Positions 46,841 through 53,874 of a stretch of DNA of 64,000 bases are shown in pieces. Location: the IMG/VR virus record IMGVR_UViG_3300042391_000264, one strand, 5' to 3'. Each line of letters starts with the position of its first letter. Position 1 is the first letter of the stretch. This DNA comes from an uncultured virus (IMG/VR IMGVR_UViG_3300042391_000264) (Duplodnaviria > Heunggongvirae > Uroviricota > Caudoviricetes). Under the pieces are notes generated by a model. It saw only the letters and a program-made list of their open reading frames with translations. It made no database searches and was not told the DNA's origin. A program made the position numbers and the translations under genes.

Positions 46841-47068
46841 TTAGCACATCTTTCCACGGGTTTTGCCTTTGGTGGCGATACCGTCTGCACGTTTAGAAGC
46901 AGATACAACGCCACCTTTAGCCTTAGAGACCGGAGGTTTGTTGCGGTTTGCCATTTGCTCCATGTTCAAAATTGCTTGTTTTTGGCGTTGATCAACTAAA
47001 GCCTTTGCAGCAAACTCCTCGCGGAGTTGCGCTAACTTTTGTTTAATTTCCTCAGACGGCTGTGCCAT
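46841..47068 (-). CDS. Small tagged protein (75 aa)
   Basis: MAQPSEE...AKGGVVSASKRADGIATKGKTRGKMC. Confidence 0.75.
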   Translation of the reverse strand: MAQPSEEIKQKLAQLREEFAAKALVDQRQKQAILNMEQMANRNKPPVSKAKGGVVSASKRADGIATKGKTRGKMC

Positions 47069-47069
47069 A

Positions 47070-47564
47070 TCAGCACATCTTCCCACGAGTTTTGCCTTTG
47101 GTGGCGATACCGTCTGCGCGAGAAGAAGCTGAACCGCCAGAAGCCATCTTCTTGACTTTTCCACCACGTTTCATACCTTCTTCGTCCATAGAAAGTGAGC
47201 TATTAAGCGGAACCGAACCTTGTGAAGTTCGTGGGGCCAACGCCGATGGAGTGTAACGAGCCTTGTAGCCGCGCATTGACTCTTCAGAATCTGCGTTTTT
47301 GTACTTATCAACCGCTGCCTTAGTAGCGCCCGCCATTTTTTGCCGCGCCATAGCAGAAGTTTCTTCGGGTGCATTTCTTTCTGCGCTTTTGAGAGCAGAA
47401 ATCATATCGCTTTGTTTACGCATACCTGAATCACGGGCAGCTTTTTTTGCCGCTCCAGATTCGTCAGCCGTCTCGGTAGTGTATTTTTTACCGTTGAACT
47501 CAAAAGTTTTATCTCCTGCTTTACGAGCAGCCGCAAACGCGGAACCAAATTCTGATTTAGCCAT
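47070..47564 (-). CDS. Small tagged protein (164 aa)
   Basis: F..AFAAARKAG.K.FEFNGK.Y.T N-domain; MKRGG..KKMASGGSASSRADGIATKGKTRGKMC. Confidence 0.8.
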   Translation of the reverse strand: MAKSEFGSAFAAARKAGDKTFEFNGKKYTTETADESGAAKKAARDSGMRKQSDMISALKSAERNAPEETSAMARQKMAGATKAAVDKYKNADSEESMRGYKARYTPSALAPRTSQGSVPLNSSLSMDEEGMKRGGKVKKMASGGSASSRADGIATKGKTRGKMC

Positions 47565-47566
47565 GA

Positions 47567-48013
47567 TTACTTCACCCCTTTCATTTTGATCTGGGTACCT
47601 TTGGTCTTGCCACGCTGAGCAATACCATCGCCGCGTTTAGAGGTCATGCCGCCAGAAGCCATCTTCTTGACTACACCACCTTTTTTCATGCCCGCAGAAT
47701 ATCCGGGGTTGTTAACATTTGCGTTAATTCGGTTTTGTCTACCTGCTGCATTTTGTACACCGGGGTCGTACAGCTCACCAGTCTCAGTGTTACGGCGAAG
47801 TGTTGACAAAGTACCTTCTTCATCGCGGATTTCGCCCAAGTCCACAGGCTTAACTTCCACAGGCTTAGCTTCTACGGGCTTAACATCCATACTTCTGCTT
47901 TTAACCACGTCTTGGGCTTTGGCTTTGTCTTCGCCCTTGCCCCTAGTAGCCATATAGGCAAGACCGGCCAATGCGGCTAAAGCAGCTAAATTTCCGGTTT
48001 TTTTGCTTGCCAT
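47567..48013 (-). CDS. Small tagged protein (148 aa)
   Basis: Hydrophobic N-terminal segment; MKKGG..KKMASGGMTSKRGDGIAQRGKTKG. Confidence 0.8.
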   Translation of the reverse strand: MASKKTGNLAALAALAGLAYMATRGKGEDKAKAQDVVKSRSMDVKPVEAKPVEVKPVDLGEIRDEEGTLSTLRRNTETGELYDPGVQNAAGRQNRINANVNNPGYSAGMKKGGVVKKMASGGMTSKRGDGIAQRGKTKGTQIKMKGVK

Positions 48014-48022
48014 GATGAGTCC

Positions 48023-48550
48023 TTAACAGGCTCTGCCGCCAGATTTCATCTTGATCATTGCGCCCTTGGTCTTACCCTTGACAACAACACCATCAGGCTT
48101 GGAGCTGGTTTTAACAGAGCCCATCTTGGTCATGCCACCATCTTTGAGGCCAGCGTGGGCTTTAGAAGCGGGTTTGCCAGCATGTTTGGCAAGTGCGGCT
48201 GTCATGCCGCCAGAGGCCATCTTTTTCATACCCATTTCGGACTTCTCGTGTTTGATCATGGATTTAGGAGCACCGGCTTTTTTCATGAAGCCGATTTCTT
48301 TACTAACCATTGCTTTAGATTCTTTCATATCGCCACCTTTGTTAAAAAGTTCTGTCTTACCTTGACGAGTTTTTGGCTCGTTTACCTTCTGAAGATCAGG
48401 TCTGGTTTTAGACCCACCAAACTTAACGCTTTTGCTTTTCTCGCTGAAATCCTTGGCTACAGACACAGGCACGCCCGCCTTCTTGGCAAACGCTGGGTTG
48501 TGTGCTGCGGCATCCATAAACCGCTTTTGCTTGTCACTTGTCGCTGGCAT
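48023..48550 (-). CDS. Small tagged basic protein (175 aa)
   Basis: MPATSDKQKRFM.AAAHNP.FAKK; four xxxGG motifs; PDGVVVKGKTKG. Confidence 0.8.
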   Translation of the reverse strand: MPATSDKQKRFMDAAAHNPAFAKKAGVPVSVAKDFSEKSKSVKFGGSKTRPDLQKVNEPKTRQGKTELFNKGGDMKESKAMVSKEIGFMKKAGAPKSMIKHEKSEMGMKKMASGGMTAALAKHAGKPASKAHAGLKDGGMTKMGSVKTSSKPDGVVVKGKTKGAMIKMKSGGRAC

Positions 48551-48551
48551 A

Positions 48552-48740
48552 TTAAACCTTAACGATCCAGCCTTTGCCAAGCACAAAGCCGACAATCAAC
48601 ATACCAATCCAAATAAGCGCTTTTTCTACAACGGTCTTACCAACTTTTTTATAGAACTCGCCAGACATCTCTTCGATAGCCAGTTTCGCCGCTTTTCTGG
48701 CGATGGCTTCTTCGCGGTCTGTTAACGTAATTTCGGTCAT
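48552..48740 (-). CDS. Small membrane protein
   Basis: C-terminal hydrophobic ALIWIGMLIVGFVLG. Confidence 0.65.
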   Translation of the reverse strand: MTEITLTDREEAIARKAAKLAIEEMSGEFYKKVGKTVVEKALIWIGMLIVGFVLGKGWIVKV

Positions 48741-48741
48741 T

Positions 48742-48996
48742 TCAGCACTTCCATCTTGCTAGTGAAGCAGCCTTACGGGTAGGCTTGCCTTTTTCGTCTT
48801 TCATCGGGCCGGGCATACCGCTCATACGGGCGCAGAACGAATCCTTGCGTTTACCACCTTGGGGCTGTGGAGCCTTCAGGTTACTACCCGTAGCAGCGTT
48901 GTACTTGGCACGGCCTTTGGCAGTCAAGCCCGCTCCCTTGGAGACGGGTAGCTTTTCGCCACGACCTACTGCAAGGGATGGGGTTTTCTTAGCCAT
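48742..48996 (-). CDS. Small basic protein (DUF6321-like)
   Basis: GL..KGR..YN...GSNLKAP...RKDSFCARM...SL.RWKC. Confidence 0.7.
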   Translation of the reverse strand: MAKKTPSLAVGRGEKLPVSKGAGLTAKGRAKYNAATGSNLKAPQPQGGKRKDSFCARMSGMPGPMKDEKGKPTRKAASLARWKC

Positions 48997-49465
48997 AAAA
49001 CACCGTGATATGTGTGTTGGCTCCCAAGAAAAGGCGTATGCCGTAATGGGCAAGAATACCTTCGCCGGGAATCGGCACACTGTATCCAGTTTGATTTGAT
49101 GCGTCCAATTGCAGCAGCACGTCGTTGTATACGGTGACATTTCCGCTGGCCGCACCCGAATTCGCAACAGTGACAGTAAACGTATTTGCAGTGGCGGCTG
49201 TTTGGACTTGGTACGGGTTATCCGTCAAATCCCAGTCCAGATAAACCCAATCGCCAGCCCTTAAACCATGATTAGCCGCTGTAATTGTCGCCGTAGTAGT
49301 GGCTCTTGCGTAAGTTCCGCTGATACTGATGTTATCAACCAAAACGGTGTACTCTGTAGCACCAGAAAACGGAAAAACAACCGCGCCTTTAAGGCGAGTA
49401 CGGTACGGAACCATCAAGCCAGAAACTCCGCCGTGTTGCGATTTAACGTCAGTTTGCATGCTCAT
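48989..49465 (-). CDS. Beta-rich virion protein
   Basis: MQTDVK...TR.KG; ITAANHGL..GD.V insert; IPGEGIL. Confidence 0.7.
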   Translation of the reverse strand: MSMQTDVKSQHGGVSGLMVPYRTRLKGAVVFPFSGATEYTVLVDNISISGTYARATTTATITAANHGLRAGDWVYLDWDLTDNPYQVQTAATANTFTVTVANSGAASGNVTVYNDVLLQLDASNQTGYSVPIPGEGILAHYGIRLFLGANTHITVFYG

Positions 49466-49479
49466 AATCAATCTCCTTT

Positions 49480-49500
49480 AAAAACGGGGCCGAAGCCCCT
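49480..49500 (-). terminator. Rho-independent terminator (UUCG loop)
   Basis: Minus strand GGGGC-TTCG-GCCCC-GTTTTT. Confidence 0.7.
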
Positions 49501-49508
49501 TGAGTTGA

Positions 49509-50057
49509 TTAGGAGTCTGCGAACGGTGTAGCGACAGTGCCGGAACCAATAACATTCCCAGTCACCATGTACTTGTCAGCAGCAATCGCCACAATCTGAA
49601 CCCATGTGCCAGCAACGCCGCCGGTAGTTGTACCGTTCAAGTTGATGAAGTCATTGGAAGAGCCGTTAGCAGAGAAAGCAACCACAGCACCAGATGTGTC
49701 TGAATCAATAGACATTACAGCGCCAACGTACAAGTCACCAGAAGCAGCGGTAACACCTATTTTCAACGAGCTAGTAGAGATAGTTGTAGGCACCCAGATG
49801 GTGTAGACAACGCCTTCGTTGTTCAGTGTATTGGGGTCTTGACCGGGGCCAGACGTGGTCGGGTTGGTCGAAACATTGATTGCGGGGAGCGTCAATGTGA
49901 GTGCAGCGGCCAAAGAGCCACCGACAGAAATGATACGACCGCCGTGAGCTTCTGGGCTTAGTGTGGTGCTGGTTGTAATTTCAACAACAGAGGCGGGGCC
50001 TTGTTGATAGATACCGCCCAATGAACGAACTGGGCCTTGAAACGTAGTACGTGCCAT
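49509..50057 (-). CDS. Virion (capsid-associated) protein
   Basis: MARTTFQGPVRS...ATPFAD; TAAGGA RBS. Confidence 0.75.
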   Translation of the reverse strand: MARTTFQGPVRSLGGIYQQGPASVVEITTSTTLSPEAHGGRIISVGGSLAAALTLTLPAINVSTNPTTSGPGQDPNTLNNEGVVYTIWVPTTISTSSLKIGVTAASGDLYVGAVMSIDSDTSGAVVAFSANGSSNDFINLNGTTTGGVAGTWVQIVAIAADKYMVTGNVIGSGTVATPFADS

Positions 50058-50067
50058 AATTTTTCCT

Positions 50068-50139
50068 TACATACAAGTTAGGCGCATTAGTCTGTATGTA
50101 GTCAGCCGGGACTGTCTAATGCACCGGAAAGCCCGGATT
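50068..50139 (-). ncRNA. Candidate structured 5' leader (chained double pseudoknot)
   Basis: Three interleaved complementary pairs of 5, 7-9 and 8 bp between the promoter and RBS. Confidence 0.55.
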
Positions 50140-50145
50140 AGCAGC

Positions 50146-50173
50146 AATATACACTTTTTCTGCGGCTTGTCAA
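50146..50173 (-). promoter_or_regulatory. Sigma70-like promoter downstream of the capsid terminator
   Basis: Minus strand TTGACA-16 nt-TATATT. Confidence 0.7.
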
Positions 50174-50174
50174 C

Positions 50175-50200
50175 AAATAAAAAGGGGGCCGAAGCCCCCT
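50175..50200 (-). terminator. Terminator after the major capsid gene
   Basis: Minus strand AGGGGGC-TTCG-GCCCCCT-TTTTATTT. Confidence 0.9.
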
Positions 50201-50236
50201 CTCGCATAGCCCGTTTGTGGCGAGCTACTGGTTCGT

Positions 50237-51154
50237 TTAGGTCGAACCGGACGAGCCGAACATACCCAATGGGTCTGACCAGCCGAAGCTATAACGCTCG
50301 CGGGACTTGTAACGGACATTACCCGTGTCGAAGTCACCATCCATGTTATTAGTCATCGGTGTACGCACAAAGTGCTTCAAACCGTTAGGCACGTCTGTGC
50401 AGATGAACCAAGCGTTGGTGTCAGTCAAATAGTTGTTGACGGTGTAGCCCCCGGGGATTGAACCGTTGTTTTTCAACGCATTGATGTCGTTGTCAGCAGT
50501 GCCAACACGCAGACCAGTTTCCAACAAGCGAGTAGCAACGAATTGCAACGCGGGTGGAACAATCAGCTTACGAGGTTTAGCAGCGATCAACAGACCACGC
50601 TCATCCGTCCAAGCAGCGATCTGAATAACGGAGGCTTCCAAAGAAGTCTCGTTCAAATCAACTTGGGTCGAAGGAGTGTTGGAGTTAACACCACCGCCTA
50701 CGGTTGGGTGCGAAGTGCTAAACAAAGGAACGCCATCACCACCGTAATAAGCGGAAGAGTTGGTGAAACCGTTGTTCAGAACAGCCGCAGCCTTGGTCTG
50801 CTTGGTATACGCCATAGCGCGAGCCAAAGACTTGGTGTAGCGTGAAGACAAGCTGTCGTACAGATTATCTTCAATCGCTTCTTCAGTAATACTGAAGCCA
50901 AGGGCGATGGTTTCGTGCGTGTAGCGGGTAGAGAAAGCTTCCTGCGCGTTGTCATAAGCGATGGCAGAACCCTCACTCTTGACAGGTGCAGCACCAAAGC
51001 CGGACAGCTTGGTTTCTTCCTCAAAGGAACGCTCAGAGGTTTCAGTCTCGTAGATTTCCTTGTGTTGCTCACCGTAGCGAGCGTACTCCATGCCAAACAA
51101 AGCATTCAATCCGGGGAGGAGTTCTTTAAGTAGTTGTGCGCGTGAAATAGCCAT
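50237..51154 (-). CDS. Major capsid protein (HK97 fold, Mu gpT-like)
   Basis: MAISRAQLLKELLPGLNALFG, DGVPLFSTSHP, LIVPPAL, RERYSFG.SD; followed by a strong terminator. Confidence 0.9.
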   Translation of the reverse strand: MAISRAQLLKELLPGLNALFGMEYARYGEQHKEIYETETSERSFEEETKLSGFGAAPVKSEGSAIAYDNAQEAFSTRYTHETIALGFSITEEAIEDNLYDSLSSRYTKSLARAMAYTKQTKAAAVLNNGFTNSSAYYGGDGVPLFSTSHPTVGGGVNSNTPSTQVDLNETSLEASVIQIAAWTDERGLLIAAKPRKLIVPPALQFVATRLLETGLRVGTADNDINALKNNGSIPGGYTVNNYLTDTNAWFICTDVPNGLKHFVRTPMTNNMDGDFDTGNVRYKSRERYSFGWSDPLGMFGSSGST

Positions 51155-51165
51155 GATTTAGCTCC

Positions 51166-51783
51166 TTACAAACCGACGTTGTTTAAATACGAGTGAGCAC
51201 TGGGGTTGAACTTAACCAACACATCAGTGAACGCATCGCCGATTGCCGAGAAGCCTTGAACCTCAACAAAGCCCACAATACGGAAAGCCGCAGCAGTGGT
51301 TTGCACTGTAGCGTCCAAAGCGCTGGTTGAGTTACCAGTTGTAGTGGAACCTGTGCTGGTGCTTTGTACAGCGGCAAAGAAGGTGTTAGTGCCCAAAACG
51401 GATTGAGCGCCAGAACCATCTAGCTGTGCTTGGAACGCAACGCTTGGGTCAGTAATAACCTTAGCTGTTACCACACCGGTTGTGCCGGAGGGGTAGTACT
51501 GAGAGTTAATCACTTGACCTTGTGCATTGACGTACTGGCAACCGACGAAAACGCCGATCGCACCGATGCCGCTGCCGCCAAGGTTGTTGGTCGTAATGTC
51601 GGCACCAGTGGCGGTAGAGATGGCTAAATAGCCGTCCGCGCCAATAATGACCACCTGACCATAGAAAATATTGGTGGCTTCGCCAGCAGGGTCAATCAGA
51701 AAAGTCTGAGTTGCACCAGCATAAGGCATGCCATCAATACGGTTAATGGGACGTAGCCCATAGGGAGAAGCTGTAGCTGCCAT
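51166..51783 (-). CDS. Capsid cement/decoration-like protein
   Basis: PYGL.P, IF.G..V, GVFVGC.Y motifs; directly upstream of the capsid gene. Confidence 0.6.
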   Translation of the reverse strand: MAATASPYGLRPINRIDGMPYAGATQTFLIDPAGEATNIFYGQVVIIGADGYLAISTATGADITTNNLGGSGIGAIGVFVGCQYVNAQGQVINSQYYPSGTTGVVTAKVITDPSVAFQAQLDGSGAQSVLGTNTFFAAVQSTSTGSTTTGNSTSALDATVQTTAAAFRIVGFVEVQGFSAIGDAFTDVLVKFNPSAHSYLNNVGL

Positions 51784-51800
51784 TTAATGACTCCTAAAAT

Positions 51801-52265
51801 TTATGTACCAGAACCGAAAGTGACTTTCGACTTTTTATCGACGATCATCGCCATATTAGATCGAGCGTCTCTATCACGGAGAAAAGTGTTGTCCACTGAT
51901 TCCATCTGCATTCTGTTCTTTTCATCGTAGTGTTTCATACGTTGTACCAAAAACTCAGACGGGATGCGGCAGAGCAACAAACCACCCACTTCAATCGTTC
52001 CTTTAAAACGACCTTCAGTGGAAGCGTGCATCATGAGCTCAGGATAATCCTCTGCTTTGCAGGGTTCGTATCCTTCGCGTAACTTCGACGAAATGTTGCC
52101 CGGATCAGCTACACCCATAGTGCTTGTACGTACCCAACGGTGCGTCCAATCAGGTCGAGGGTCGGGTGATGGCAGAGTTTCAGGCGCACGCCACATCTGT
52201 GGGCGCAGCATTTCTACTCTGGTTTCAGAATCACGACTCTTACGGTTTTGTGTTTGCTGTTCCAT
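51801..52265 (-). CDS. Conserved head-module protein
   Basis: RWVR...LREGYEP...VGGLLLCRIP. Confidence 0.75.
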   Translation of the reverse strand: MEQQTQNRKSRDSETRVEMLRPQMWRAPETLPSPDPRPDWTHRWVRTSTMGVADPGNISSKLREGYEPCKAEDYPELMMHASTEGRFKGTIEVGGLLLCRIPSEFLVQRMKHYDEKNRMQMESVDNTFLRDRDARSNMAMIVDKKSKVTFGSGT

Positions 52266-53263
52266 TATTCATTCCTTCTAAGTAAAGCAACCTGTTTTGC
52301 GTATTCTTCTACTGACACCCCAATACGGCGAGCTATCGCCACTTCGGATGCCTTTAACCGAATACGGTTAGGTGGTGTGCTCCGGGTGGCAGGTGCCACA
52401 ACGGAACTTGGCTTTGTTGCACGGCGCGTGGTTTCATCCTCGTAAGCCGGTTCTGACCTCTTTCTAGGAGGCGGGTCATATTCTTCCTCGTCGCTCTGAA
52501 CATCTTCAAAATGCTCAGGAAATCTTTTACGCATGGTGCGGTCGATTGTTTTGAAGTAATCTGTGCTACCAATATATTCGACACCATACTCGCGTTGTAA
52601 TTTCTTGTCAAGCCCCAGTGCGGCAGACGTCATTTCTTCATCTTTACCCCACCAATCGCTGTTGTTTTCTATCCAACGTTGCGTCCGTGGGTTGACCTTC
52701 GGCGCAGTGTCAACTGGAGCTTTAAACTCTCGCTCTTCTATCTCAATAGGCTTCATATCAGACGTACGCTCTATTTTGAGCGTTGCCCGCGTAATTTCTG
52801 CCTGTGCGTCGGCCAACTCGTCCGGGTCCGCAGAGTCGTAGGCTTCTTTGTACTTCTTCTTGGCGGCGACCAGCGCAGCGGCTGCTGCCTCCTGTGAAGT
52901 CTCAATATACGCCTTGCTCCCAGTAGAGAGCTGCTGTTGAAGTTTCTTGTTCTCCTCGAGAACCTGTCGGGCGTACGTCTCAGCTGCTTCCCGCTCTCGC
53001 AGGGCTTCTTCTTTGGCGCGTCGCTCGTCGTGATATCCACGGGTAAACTTCTTGATACGGGCTTGGACTTTCTCGTCATAAGTAGCGAGTTCGTCCTCCG
53101 TGGGCTCCTCCACCGGCTCCCTCATGGGCTTGCGACCACGATCTTGTACGGGGGTATCGTCCTCAATTTCTATATCAAGTTTGTCCTCTTCAGCAGCAGC
53201 TTTCGCCTGCTTAGTTTCCTTTTCATCAGGAAACTCATAGTCATCATCAAATTTTGTTGCCAT
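52265..53263 (-). CDS. Putative scaffolding protein
   Basis: Acidic coiled coil; W...N..W; C-terminal IARRIGVSVEEYAK. Confidence 0.7.
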   Translation of the reverse strand: MATKFDDDYEFPDEKETKQAKAAAEEDKLDIEIEDDTPVQDRGRKPMREPVEEPTEDELATYDEKVQARIKKFTRGYHDERRAKEEALREREAAETYARQVLEENKKLQQQLSTGSKAYIETSQEAAAAALVAAKKKYKEAYDSADPDELADAQAEITRATLKIERTSDMKPIEIEEREFKAPVDTAPKVNPRTQRWIENNSDWWGKDEEMTSAALGLDKKLQREYGVEYIGSTDYFKTIDRTMRKRFPEHFEDVQSDEEEYDPPPRKRSEPAYEDETTRRATKPSSVVAPATRSTPPNRIRLKASEVAIARRIGVSVEEYAKQVALLRRNE

Positions 53264-53273
53264 GATTTACTCC

Positions 53274-53687
53274 TTACGATGCACGCGTAATACCACGCGG
53301 GTCTTCCACAACTGCTTCAACCGAGTCATCGTTGATGATCCGGAATTCACGGCCATGAATTTTCAGGCGAGTTCCTGAATTTGGTCGGACGATGACAAAG
53401 TCACCTTCCTTGCACGACGGCCCACTGGGGAACCGGGTTTTGTCTGCGTATGCGTCAGGGCCCAACTTCACGACGAACAGAACAGGGGTAAGCACCTCTT
53501 CATACATCATGGATTGGCTGGACTTTACGATGCCTACTTCACTATTAGCGAACGCCTCCATAGCTTCGGGGACTACGCAAAGAAGCATAAATCTCTTCGG
53601 ATCAGGCAGTTGCTTCGCCTTCTCCTCAGCTGATTCGTTCAGAATCCCCGAAAGGTCTACCGCAGCGACATTAAAATCAGTCATCAC
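53274..53687 (-). CDS. groES: GroES/Cpn10-like co-chaperonin
   Basis: VVKLGPDAY...CKEGDFVI...FRIINDDSVEAVV. Confidence 0.85.
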   Translation of the reverse strand: MMTDFNVAAVDLSGILNESAEEKAKQLPDPKRFMLLCVVPEAMEAFANSEVGIVKSSQSMMYEEVLTPVLFVVKLGPDAYADKTRFPSGPSCKEGDFVIVRPNSGTRLKIHGREFRIINDDSVEAVVEDPRGITRAS

Positions 53688-53874
53688 TCATCTCCGATCT
53701 TTGCACAAGGTCTTTGATTATGGATTCTGCATGGGTCAGACCCCGGATAACCCCGCAGACATGACGGTACTCGTCAAAACTTTTCGCACCACCGTTTGAT
53801 AGGTGGGATACCTGATCGTCACGGAGCTTATTAATCTCCTTGACTGTTATGGATAAGAGTATGTGATCGCTCAA
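53677..53874 (-). CDS. Small conserved protein after portal
   Basis: G.AK.FDEY...CG.IRGL. Confidence 0.75.
   Translation of the reverse strand: MSDHILLSITVKEINKLRDDQVSHLSNGGAKSFDEYRHVCGVIRGLTHAESIIKDLVQRSEMSDD

Noticed and set aside
45921..46844. 307-aa plus-strand ORF
   Set aside because: It is antisense to several well-supported, tightly packed minus-strand genes and has no recognisable motif.
50068..50139. HDV-like ribozyme assignment for the pseudoknot leader
   Set aside because: The helix order is chained rather than HDV's nested P1-P4 arrangement, and I could not place a catalytic core.
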